From NCBI GenBank assembly GCA_964016885.1, contig OZ024747.1, positions 18,848,001 to 18,912,000 on the forward strand: DNA of 64,000 bases, written 5' to 3'. Source of the DNA: Eledone cirrhosa (Eukaryota). Each line of letters opens with the position of its first letter. Position 1 is the stretch's first letter. A model generated the notes under the pieces. That model worked only from the letters and a program-made list of their open reading frames with translations, was not told the origin of the DNA and made no database searches. Shown piece after piece: positions 29,030 to 40,008 of the stretch. The position numbers were made by a program, and so were the translations under genes.

Positions 29030-29725
29030 CATGGCACCAAAGCAACCAATGTGACAGAGTGGACTGGGTGCTTTTTTTCTCATGTCACCACCACCACAAC
29101 CACCATTACATGGCTGAGTGGGGTGGTTGGTTTTGTCTTGTTGTCAGCATAACCAGCATTACAGGGTGGACTGGGTGCTTTTTTTGTCATGTCACCACCG
29201 CAACCACCATTACATGGCCGAGTGGATTGGTTGCTTTTGTCTTGTTATCAGCATGACCACCATTACAGAGTGGATTGGGTGCTTTTTTGTCATGTCACCA
29301 CCGCAATCACCATTACATGGCTGAGTGGATTGGTTGCTTTTGTCTTGTTATCAGCATGACCACCATTACAGGGTGGACTGGGTGCTTTTTTTGTCATGTC
29401 ACCACCGCAACCACCATTACATGTCCGAGTGGGGTGGTTGCTTTTGTCTTGTTATCAGCATGACCACCATTACAGGGTGGACTGGGTGCTTTTTTGTCAT
29501 GTCACCACCGCAACCGCCATTACATGGCCGAGTGGATTGGTTGCTTTTGTCTTGTCATCAGCATGACCAGCATTACAGAGTGGATTGGGTGCTTTTTTGT
29601 CATGTCACCACCGCAACCACCATTACATGGCCGAGTGGATCGGTTGCTTTTGTCTTGTTATCAGCATGACCACCATTACAGAGTGGACTGGGAGCTGTTT
29701 GCTGTGTCACCAGCATGACCACCTT
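29030..29725 (-). repeat. Minisatellite of about 6 x 104 bp built from the SINE body module, attached to an RTE-type tail (28862-29010)
   Basis: GTGGA(C/T)TGGGTGCTTTTT recurs about every 104 bp, each unit made of two related halves. Confidence 0.88.
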
Positions 29726-29839
29726 ATATACATGAAGAAAGAGACATAAAAAGACATTTATATACATATACATTTATATGTGATATATATATGATGATGA
29801 TGATGATGATGATGACATGCACATCACATACAATAGTAG

Positions 29840-30165
29840 TAGTAGCACTCTGTCGGTTACGATGGCAAGTGTTCCAGTTGATACAATCAATGAAACAGTC
29901 TGTTCATGAAATTAACGTGCAAGTGGCTAAGCATTCCACAAACACATATACCCATAACGTAGTTCTCAGGAAGATTCAGCATGACACATAATGTGACAAG
30001 GTTGGACCTTTAGATTACAAGTACAACTCATTTTTGACAACTAAGTGGACTGGAGCAATGTAAAATAAAGAGTCTTGCTCAAGGACACAGCATACTGCCA
30101 GGAATCAAACTCACGACCTTATGTTCGTGAACCGAATGAACACATTAACCACAAAGCCACATGCA
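29840..30165 (-). mobile_element. Older tRNA-headed SINE with a third body type (related copy about 20612-20930+)
   Basis: A-type head block, then GAATGCT.AGCCAC.TGCA.GTTAATTT.ATGA.CAG block shared with 20745-20790. Confidence 0.7.
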
Positions 30166-30509
30166 CTCATACACATAAGTAAATAAAGAAAAAGAAAACT
30201 AAGAAAGAAACATGTACATACATGTTTCAGTTTTGCCACCTTTACTCACAGAAAAAAACAACAACAATAAAATAAATAAAATATGAAACATGAAAATCTA
30301 ATGAGATGTTGGTAACAGTTACAACATGGTTGATGAAAGTCTTCAACTGTTGTAAGAAAACCAATGTCTCCCATAACATACTTCCATGGTAGAAAAATAT
30401 TTAAAATAATAAAATTTTGTTGAATGTGTAAATAACTTCTAAATTATGAAAATAATCGGATTCTCTCTGTGTATGTGTACATATGTGTGTTTATACATAT
30501 ACACATTTA

Positions 30510-30845
30510 TGGCTTAGTGGTTAGACCATTGGCCTTGCAATCGAAAGGTTGTGAGTTCAATTCTCAGACCGGGTGATGTGTTGTTTCCTTGAGCAAGACA
30601 CTTTATTTCACATTGCTCCAGTTTACTCAGCTGTAGAAATGAGATGATAGGGACTGGGGTCCCTATCATTCCACTGCAAAGTGGTCGTGGAGGTGCCACG
30701 GCAAAAAAAGCACCCAGCACTCACTGTAAATGAGGTTGGTGTTAGGAAGGGCATCCAGCTGTAGAAATCAAGCCAGAATCAGTTCCCGTCCCACCCTTGC
30801 AAGCAGGGAAAAGGCGGACATAAAATGAAATGATGAATGATGATG
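30510..30845 (+). mobile_element. SINE family A
   Basis: Near-identical to 27167 copy. Confidence 0.9.
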
Positions 30846-31180
30846 TATGTCCATAGGCAACTGTCATTACCACAGCCCTCATGCTTCAAGTCCACACAGA
30901 CACACACACAAACCTAGTATAGTTTTGCACCTTTTTAAACAGATTTTCTTTCCATTTTACACCAAACAATTTTACTTTCTTACACTTCAACATCTTACAC
31001 TTTAGATTCAATTTAATCCCACCTACAAAAGTTGCATAAAATGTGGCAAATTGGCAGAGTTGTTAAGCTTCAACTTACATCCTTTCAATGCACACTACTG
31101 AGGTTGATTCTGCCTCTATCTCTCTTTATCATTTTTTCTCTCCATCACTCTCTTTGTCTCTCTTTGTCTCTCTTTGTCTC

Positions 31181-31249
<69 letters not shown>

Positions 31250-32198
31250 AAGAGCAGATGGAGACTAGTATAGGGTTTCTTTTGGGGATTATTACTGTAG
31301 TATGTGGACATATCCAGATGAGCTCTTAGGAGACCTAAGAATTTCTGATCTGTGTCTGTGTACATAGGGATTGTGGATTATACCACAAGATAAGAGCAAT
31401 TTTAGGGCAGGACTGACTAATTAAGCAAATTCACGTTTCTCATCTACAATGAGCTAGCACCCAAGCACTACAAATAGGATAGGCCAAGAATTAACCAGAA
31501 TTCTAAGTGTGACCTTTCAAATTTATACACAATCCTGTAACTCGTTGAGCAACTGTATCAGAATTTACCAACAGCTCTTGAGCATTACACTACACAATTT
31601 TCAAACAGCTTCAACACAGATATATAATTTGTTTTTATACTCGAGACCAGGAATTTTGTAGAGAAGGAAAATCGATTATACTGACTCCAGTACTTAACTT
31701 ATCAATCCTGAAAGGATGAAAGGAAAAGTTGACCTCAGAACATAAGGAACCATCATGATATGCTGCAAATCATTTTGTCCGATGCTCTACCAATTTTGCC
31801 AATTCACCACCACTAAAAATGGTTTCTAATTTGGCAACAATTTTGTGAAGAAGTGAAAGTTGATTATACCAACCTCAGTACTTGACTGGTACTTTATTCG
31901 ACACTGAAAGGTTGAAAGGCAAAGTTAAACTCAAAGATGGGTTATATTGTTAGAGCATTAGACAAGATACCTTGCACTATTTGTTCCAGCTATCTGCAAT
32001 CTGAGTTCAAATTCAACTGAGGTTAACTTTGCCTTTCTTCCTTTCAGGGTTGATAAAATAAAGTACTAACCACAGGTAGTAAATTGGTAGAATTGTTAGG
32101 GCTTCAGTCGAGATGCCTTGTGGTGTTTTTTCTGACTCTATACATTCTGAGTTCAAATCCTGTTTTGGCCTTGGTGGGTAGTTGGCTGAATTTCTTAC

Positions 32199-32359
32199 TT
32201 GGTTTAATTTGGCCACCTGGTTTTGTATACCTCGTATACAATGTTGCAAGTGTTTGAACTAAGTCTCCAGTTCAAGGATAGTTTCTTCTTCCCTCACCCC
32301 CATTAGTCTTGGAGGCTCATGAAAAAGGTCATGGACACTGCCTTTTCTCCATAACTAAA
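32199..32359 (-). other. Weak candidate non-coding exon (161 nt)
   Basis: Non-repetitive stretch bounded by TTTCGTTTTTACAG| and CAA|GTAAGA on the minus strand. Confidence 0.2.
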
Positions 32360-33296
32360 CTGTAAAAACGAAATCTAACTATTAAATGTAAAATCTTTAG
32401 GTAGGTAAATATCACCTGAGCTCCATGGATATTTTAATGGATTCTGGTACTTGTCCATCTCGTATTTAAGTAAATGGACCTTTTGAATATAGGAATACCA
32501 GTTTTTCAATCAACAGAACAACCTACTCATTATATTTATGTGAAGAGTATCATGGCACCACCCTTCCCTCAATGGTTAAACAGTTAATAATAAAAATCAT
32601 CTGAAAAACAAACTGACAAAATTGATGGTCACAGCTGAAGAACTTTTGAACGACTCTTCTCAATCGAGATGCAGACCCAGGGCTAAACAACAACAACAAC
32701 AACAACAAAACCAATATTTCTTTATCATAATTGATTTTTCATCTTCACTTCTTGCTATTGAGAGAATATGTTTATGTTTCTGTTATTTAATGAGATGTTC
32801 AACAGAAAGCAAATGTATTGTCTGTTGTGGTAGTAAATGTCCTCAGGACAGACTTCTCAGCTGCCATTACTTCTGACAGTTTATGTAATATGGTAATATG
32901 TTTTATAGAACATCAGTCTCACGAATGAAAGCCTACTGTTGCCAGAATACTGCAAATACTTCAATAACATCATGTATGAACTTTACATGTATGTGTGGGA
33001 GGATGTAGAAGCATGTATCACCATTATCATTATCATCATCTATTTTCTATGCTTACATGGGTTAGATAGGCTGTCATGTTATGTGGCTAGAGAGGTAAGG
33101 TGGCCTCACATTGCTCATATGTGATTTTTGGCTTAGTTTTCTACAGACAGATGCCCCTCCTAATGACAACCACAAAGAGCATTTTTCGTGGCACCAGTAC
33201 AACCACCTTCCACGGAGGACTGGGTGCATTTTATTGTGACACCAACACTGTGGGAGAGCATAGGTAAATCATAGGATGGCCTTAAAGAGAGTGGGT

Positions 33297-33345
<49 letters not shown>

Positions 33346-33812
33346 CTGTTTTGCAATATTATTATTGAAATAAAAGTGCTCTGTATGTCTATCTGTTTTG
33401 TATAAAGACAAATAGACAAAAAAAAAAACATTTTCTTGTGCACATATGTTGTTCATAAGTTTTATATCTAATTTAGGTTCATTTCATTTGTCATTGTACA
33501 TGCATTACTAGTAGCCAAGATAAAAGCTTCACCTATGAGAGAGGGGGGGGGGAGAAAGAGAGAGAGAGAGAAAAAGAGTGAGTGAGTGAGTGAGTGAGAG
33601 TCAGACTTACTGAACATGTGTGTGTACATGTCAAACCAATGCCAGCATTGGAAAATGGACATTAAATGATGGTGATGATGATGATATTGTGTGAGTGCCT
33701 GCTCATGCCCACATTATTGATATCTATCACTGTCTTGCCATTGGTCATACCTGTAACAACCCAACACTCTCACTCTCTTGCAAACATGTAGCTGCCCTAA
33801 CTGTATTTCTTC

Positions 33813-33995
33813 CAGTGGATTGGCAGTATCGGTAGAGGGTCGGACGCCATGCTTTCCAGCATAGTTACGTCCCTTTACGATCTGAGTTCAAATCCCGCCG
33901 AGGTTGACTTTGCCTTTCATCCTTACGGGGTCGATAAAATAAAGTACCAGTAATGCACTGGGTAATTGCTGGCCTTGTGCCTAAAGTAGAAACAA
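33813..33995 (+). mobile_element. SINE family B (tRNA-like head)
   Basis: Box A-like TGGCAGTATCGG, box B GAGTTCAAATCC, conserved GCCTTTCATCCTTACGGGGTCGATAAAAT..GTACCAG block, tail GCTGGCCTTGTGCC..GTAGAAACAATTAT. Confidence 0.88.
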
Positions 33996-34053
33996 TTATA
34001 ACCCTTCAACCACCTTCTCACCACAATTACACTGTTTTTTCTCAATATACATT

Positions 34054-34107
<54 letters not shown>

Positions 34108-34109
<2 letters not shown>

Positions 34110-34528
34110 ACTGGACCGAGATCTTTGGTGCTACACAGTAATACAAAAGACCCGCCTTACCTAAGTACAAAGTGAAACCTACTACAGTCAGTAGGCACCT
34201 CTAACAAAAATACACCCCCGTCCCACTACCCCCACCCCATCCACACCACCCCTTTCAATGTAAAGTTATGTTGCTACCACAACATCCAGTCCGAAACAAA
34301 TGAGGTCGTGTAGGTGTCACGACAAAAAAACACACAGTCCACGATGTAATGTGGTCGTGTAGGTAACACGGTAAAAACCTCCCAGTTCCACACTGTAAAC
34401 GTGGTTGGTGTTAGGAAGGGCATCCAGCCGTAGAAAACCCGCCAGACAGTCCTATGCGAGCAAGACAACCACTCTTGCCTCAAGTGGGAAAAATACCGTC
34501 CAAACCCATGCAACCATGGACGTTAAAC

Positions 34529-34575
<47 letters not shown>
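34108..34575 (+). mobile_element. Family C non-autonomous retroelement (RTE-type tail, no evident tRNA head)
   Basis: Begins TCACTGGACCGAGA as do the other full copies; ends GGACGTTAAAC(GAT)n. Confidence 0.85.
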
Positions 34576-34577
<2 letters not shown>

Positions 34578-34647
34578 GGGTCGTCAAGTATGAAATTTGT
34601 AGAATTTTTTTATTTTCTACAAATTTCTACAAATTTCATACTTGACG

Positions 34648-34697
<50 letters not shown>

Positions 34698-34701
<4 letters not shown>

Positions 34702-35347
34702 GTATGATACATTTTATTACTAATTATATCTAAATGTTTCTTCTCTCTTCATAATGTATTTTTAACTCTGATACTGGTTCAGTCTAGTTCAACCGGATTG
34801 GTTTGTCCCAGTCATTCATTGAGCAACATCGGTAAGGTTGGCACCATTAACTCACGGTTGGGTGTGGATGCATTCATGTATATATGTGTGTGTCCGCATG
34901 TACCTGTGTGTTTCTAAATATATTGTTCATAACTCCCTCTGGTCGAGTAATCTTTGAAGTGTGGTGACTGCTGGAAAGCTGCCATTACTCATACTTCTCG
35001 CCTCCTTTACCACCTCTTCTACGGCTTCGATATAAATACCCCCTCCTCCTCCGTGGTATTTTCTTCGGGGTTATAAGAGGCTTAGCTCTGTTTCTCGACC
35101 GTTATATCGCGTGACTATCTCCCCCTCCGCCTTTTGGGATTCTTTCTCACGTCGTGTAGACGCGTTCTTGAGGCTAATAAAATGAGGTATCCTCTTGATA
35201 AGTCGGCAGACCTCGCAAAGGCTCTATATCTTTATGATGTACTGTTTTTGTTTATGCCACGAAACTACGTAGTTGAGAATCTAGGAGCAGTTTAGATATG
35301 ATACATTTTATTACTAATTATATCTAAATGTTTCTTCTCTCTTCATA

Positions 35348-35353
<6 letters not shown>
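34698..35353 (+). mobile_element. Terminally redundant, hammerhead-bearing non-coding element (Penelope pseudo-LTR or retrozyme-like)
   Basis: 62-bp direct repeats 34698-34759 and 35292-35353 (1 mismatch, period 594), (TA)n on both sides, CpG-richer interior with TATAAATA, AATAAA and hammerhead motif. Confidence 0.65.
35189..35280 (+). ncRNA. Variant type I hammerhead motif (U3-A8 core, long loop 2)
   Basis: ATcCTC-TTGATAA-GTcGGCA...TGCCAC-GAAA-CTACGTAG-TT-GAGaAT; palindromic stem III; GUU triplet, predicted cut after 35274. Confidence 0.6.
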
Positions 35354-35388
<35 letters not shown>

Positions 35389-35737
35389 TATATATATACA
35401 GTTGTTTCCCCCCCCCCCCATATTCGCTGGGGGTTATGTTCCTAGAGCACCCACGCAGAGTGAAAAATGCGAATATTGGACGTGGTCCATCAAAATACCT
35501 TTAAATGTCAAAATATAGTTAAAAAAGAGGGAGCGTCTTATGCGAAGGGGTGTCGAATAGGCCAGCAAATATGGTTGTTACTGTTATTAATAATTTAGCA
35601 TTAAAAAAAATATATATTGCCATGAAAAAAGCCATTAAAAAATCGCGGAAGATATTTACGATTCCGTGTAGGTTGAAACTTTCAACCGTCAAGGTTGTTT
35701 TTCCACGGTTATGTCAACATTTATAAAACAAATCTTG

Positions 35738-35802
35738 TATTTTATCTGATGAAAGCGCACCAAGACTGCCTTGGTTGCCCTTGAAATATATATAATAAAA
35801 TA
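35738..35802 (+). ncRNA. Type I hammerhead ribozyme motif with a different stem II sequence
   Basis: TATTTTAT-CTGATGA-AAGcGCA-CCAAG(ACTGC)CTTGG-t-TGCcCTT-GAAA-TATATA-TA-ATAAAATA; distal stem I extension ATTTATAAAAC/GTTTTATAAAT; predicted cut after 35794. Confidence 0.8.
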
Positions 35803-35842
35803 ATTATGGTTTTATAAATATAGTTTCCATTTATTAATATAT

Positions 35843-36025
35843 TTGTTTCTACTTTAGACACAAGGCCAGCAATTACCCAGTGCATTACTGGTACTTTATT
35901 TTATCGACCCCGTAAGGATGAAAGGCAAAGTCAACCTCGGCGGGATTTGAACTCAGATCGTAAAGGGACGTAACTATGCTGGAAAGCATGGCGTCCGACC
36001 CTCTACCGATACTGCCAATCCACTG
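35843..36025 (-). mobile_element. SINE family B, minus strand
   Basis: Reverse complement of 33813-33995 with one mismatch seen. Confidence 0.9.
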
Positions 36026-36185
36026 TATATAAGTATGTATACGTACATACATATATGTATACAGACGTACAGTAGTATGTATATATATATATATACATAC
36101 ATGCACACATATATATATGTACGTATGGATTCACCGAACATTTATTATAATGCTCGGTATGTTTGTAAACAAACATCCCGAATTG

Positions 36186-36220
<35 letters not shown>

Positions 36221-36225
<5 letters not shown>

Positions 36226-36455
36226 ATTGCTCCAGTTTACTCAGCTGTAGAAATGAGATGTTAGGGACTGGGGTCCCTATCATTCCACTGCAAAGTGGTC
36301 GTGGAGGTGCCACGGCAAAAAAGTACCCAGCACTCACTGTAAATAAGGTTGGTGTTAGGAAGGGCATCCAGCTGTAGAAATCAAGCCAGAATCAGTTCCC
36401 GTCCCACCCTTGCAAGCAGGGAAAAAGCGGACGTAAAATGAAATGATGATGATGA
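36221..36455 (+). mobile_element. SINE family A, 5' truncated at (TA)n
   Basis: Starts at TCACATTGCTCC; same body and tail. Confidence 0.88.
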
Positions 36456-36776
36456 TATATATACACATACATACATATGTACATGTACAAATGTTTCTAC
36501 ATATTAAACTTAAGCCAACATCTTGATTTGAGGGTATATAAGCTAGACAAACTAAAATAAATCAGTTTTAGTCAAATATTTATTGAAATAATTAATATTT
36601 TCTTAATTCCAGAAACTGCTGTTGGGGATTATATATGAGTAAGACTGACATTTTAGTTTGTCTAGTTTATATCACCCACCACCACAATACAAGATTTTGG
36701 CTTAAGTTTAATATGTTTAATTACATCTCTGAGTTGATATTTTTTCTTTTCATTGATATATTAGAAACAATTTTTT

Positions 36777-36844
<68 letters not shown>

Positions 36845-37214
36845 GATGATGATGATGATATATATATATATATATTAATTGAAGAAGCAAAGAAAATATC
36901 AGTGATATGAAAAGATTTCCTGGTGGAAGTTCAGGTAAACTCCAGAGTGAAAATCCAATTTGAAAATCCACCAAGAGATGGCAATATGAATGGACCTGTT
37001 ATTTTTCTCTAAAAACATTTTTTCCGATTCCACCCTGCCTGTCCCTTCAATCTTTCTAATTTCTCATTCTTTCTTCTGATGAAGGACTAGTGTCCAAAAC
37101 GCTAAGACCCTCTTCCTGCTATTTCAAGCATTAACCTAATATATTCCTTTCATATACTGTACCGATTGTGTTGTTATCTCTGCTTACCTTTTATATACAT
37201 ATATATAGGAACGA

Positions 37215-37424
37215 TCGACTTTCGTCAAATCGGACCGAGGAAACAAGGTTTCCACTGGTCTTTCCAGTTGCTAGTGCTATCTATCGGTCGCAACTCCAGG
37301 TAGAAGGAGCAACATGAAATAAAGTGTCTTGCTCAAGGACATAACGCATCGCCCGATCCAGGAATCGAACTCACAACCTCACGATTGTGAATCCAATTCT
37401 CTAACCACTCAGCCACACGCCTTC
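37215..37424 (-). mobile_element. tRNA-headed SINE with A-type head and a different body (related piece about 48085-48280)
   Basis: Minus strand TGGCTGAGTGG ... GAGTTCGATTCC ... CCTTGAGCAAGACACTTTATTTCA then unrelated sequence. Confidence 0.75.
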
Positions 37425-37441
37425 ACATATACATATATATA

Positions 37442-37611
37442 TACCGTATTTCCCGGTGCCGAAGATCTTTCGTCCTTGGGGATGCACCCTAATTTTGACA
37501 ACTAAAAATTTGAAAAGAATAATAAATCTTCGGCCTCCAGGACGCATGGTAGATTTTTTTAGACTTATTTTATGAAAAAAAGTAGCGTCTTTGACGCCGC
37601 GAAATACGGTA
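37442..37611. mobile_element. Tc1/mariner(pogo)-type MITE; reversed copy at 57386-57557
   Basis: TA|CCGTATTTC..GG / CC..GAAATACGG|TA termini. Confidence 0.8.
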
Positions 37612-37616
37612 TAAAT

Positions 37617-37905
37617 ATCATCATCATCATCATCATCATCGTTTAACGTCCATATTCCACGCTTGCATGGGTTTGGACGGGAGTTTTCCCACTTGAGGCA
37701 AGAGTGGTTGTCTTGCTCGCATAGGACTGTCTGGCAGGTTTTCTACGGCTGGATGCCCTTCCTAACACCAACCACATTTACAGTGTGGAACTGGGAGGTT
37801 TTTACCGTGTTACCTACACGGCCACATTACAGCGTGGACTGTGTGTTTTTTTTGTCGTGACACCTACACGACCTCATTTGCGGCCTGGATGTTGTGGTAC
37901 CAACA
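37617..37905 (-). mobile_element. Family C, 5' truncated (another at 48292-48574+)
   Basis: 3' part of the family C sequence. Confidence 0.82.
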
Positions 37906-38390
37906 TATATATATATTTGTTTTGCAAGGTTTTTGATATGAAATCGTGTGTCAAAACAAATATTTATATCAGTATTTTTAACCGTTGGTCAATCAATGAT
38001 ATACGTTGATTACCAAATTAACTATGGAGATATAAAAGATACAGTAGTGAAAACCAACCAAACAGTGAGTGTGTTCTGTTATTGTTTCTGGCAATATTAT
38101 TACAACAATATGACCCTCCCCAAGTATAACAATATATATATATATATATTAATTAATTTGATTATCGATTGGTTGATATTAGTTGTATTAATTTTATTGA
38201 TAACCCTAATTAATTAGTTCAAATATTGCCTCTACACTATTAAATCTGTATGAGTACACTCTGTTTTTTCTGAAATTCATTTCAGTTAGCGTTGAGTAAG
38301 ATTGGGTGTTGCACAATGTTACAATACCATAGGTGGGCAAAACATTTATATATATATATATATCACACTCACACAGGTATTTGGATATGC

Positions 38391-38426
<36 letters not shown>

Positions 38427-38861
38427 CATGCACAAACATATAAATGAGAAATCATGTCTACACAGGAAAAAAGGCGGTAATGAAAGAAAAAGAAAAACAG
38501 AGAAACAGAGGGAGGCGGGCAGGAGAATGTGTTGGGTGGCCGGAAAAGAGAGATAAGGTGTGGGGGAGACATGAAAGGAGAAGGGGAGAGACAGGAAAAG
38601 AGGGGGGATAGGAAAAGAGAGAGGGGGATAGATAGGAAGAGAGAGAGGGGTGTAGACAGGAAGAGAGAGAGCAATGAGGGAGACAGGAAACGAGAGAGAG
38701 GAGGGGACAGGAAAAGAAAGATAGGGGAGACAGGAATATAGAAAGAGGGGGAGACAGAAAAGAGAGACTGAGAAGGGGAGACAGGAAAAGGGAGAGAGGG
38801 ACAGACAGGAAAGAGAGAGCAATGCAGAAAAGAGAGGTAGCAAAAGAGGGTGATGGGGGAG

Positions 38862-38915
<54 letters not shown>

Positions 38916-39118
38916 AAAAGCTAATGTTGTCAGGTTTTACATAAAATTCCTCAAGTCATAGAAAACAAAAAAGCAACAAAACAAACCTCATCAGCGAGGA
39001 GGAGGAGGAGGAGGAGGAGGAGAAAACATTGCCATACCATAAAGTAACATGAGATGGGTGTTATAGTGAGTGAATGGTGGCTACTGAGTAAATATGTATA
39101 GAATGAATAAACACTTAC

Positions 39119-39246
39119 TTCAGACATATTTCTGGTTGTGTCCAGTTTGTTGGTTTTTATGTGTTTCACAGGTGAAATTCAATGATTCCCCTAAAAATTG
39201 CCTTTACACATCCGTGCTGTGTCTGATTGTGTAATGATATATTCCT
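39119..39246 (-). other. Candidate 5'-UTR exon of the LAP gene (128 nt)
   Basis: Unique sequence bounded on the minus strand by TTTCTTTTTTCTTTTCAG| and GAA|GTAAGT; the coding exon has a splice acceptor so an upstream exon must exist. No transcript support. Confidence 0.4.
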
Positions 39247-39465
39247 CTGAAAAGAAAAAAGAAAATCTGGTTATTTGTGTGTGTGTATTGGGCCTCCGTC
39301 AGTTCTGACTGCGAGTATTTTAGTTGTTATGTTGTTATATGTAAATCCCTGCGTGTTTTAAGAAGTGACTAACATTGTTGATGTCAGGAAGGGCATTTGG
39401 CTGTAAAATACTGCTTAAAAAAGTCCCATCCAATTCATGCCAGCATGGAAAAGTCAACATAAAAC

Positions 39466-39496
<31 letters not shown>

Positions 39497-39857
39497 ATAT
39501 AAAAACCATCTTCAGTCATGAATGAATGACGATGGTGTTTGCACCTGAAAAGTTTCCTTCTGAAGTACAAGCTTGGACAAGGTATTTTGGTGGAAAACCA
39601 GTCAGAGATGGAAAGACAGTGCTCATGACTCTATTCAGGACCTACGACACTATTGGGAGAGAGTTCTTACAGAGTGAAAAGGTAAGAGAGAGAGAGAGAT
39701 GGACTGAGAGAGATGAAGAATCTACCCCAGTACTTGACTGGTACTTTATCAACTCCGAAAGGATATAAACTGAAGCTGACCTTGGCAAGATTTGAACCCG
39801 AGCACAGATCTGATAAACTAACAATTATGCCAATTGGATGCCCTAGCAAAGCAGCAA

Positions 39858-40008
39858 CAACTCTTAACACCCTGTAATGAGTTAGCAGAAAATATTAACA
39901 GGTTTGTTAATTCAAATGTTTAAATACTAGTGGACAGACCGTTGTGAACATTTACAGTAAACTAAAGTAAGGACTTAGTTTCATGTGGTACAGGGCATTA
40001 AGAGTTAA
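39858..40008. mobile_element. Small MITE with AACTCTTAA..CCCTGTA inverted termini (related fragment about 19012-19110)
   Basis: AACTCTTAACACCCTGTA / TACAGGGCATTAAGAGTT. Confidence 0.6.

Noticed and set aside
29030-29725. Regular repeat arrays (also 50967-51239, 61764-62182) as CRISPR
   Set aside because: No unique spacers, no cas genes, eukaryotic context; units derive from SINE modules or simple tandem duplication.
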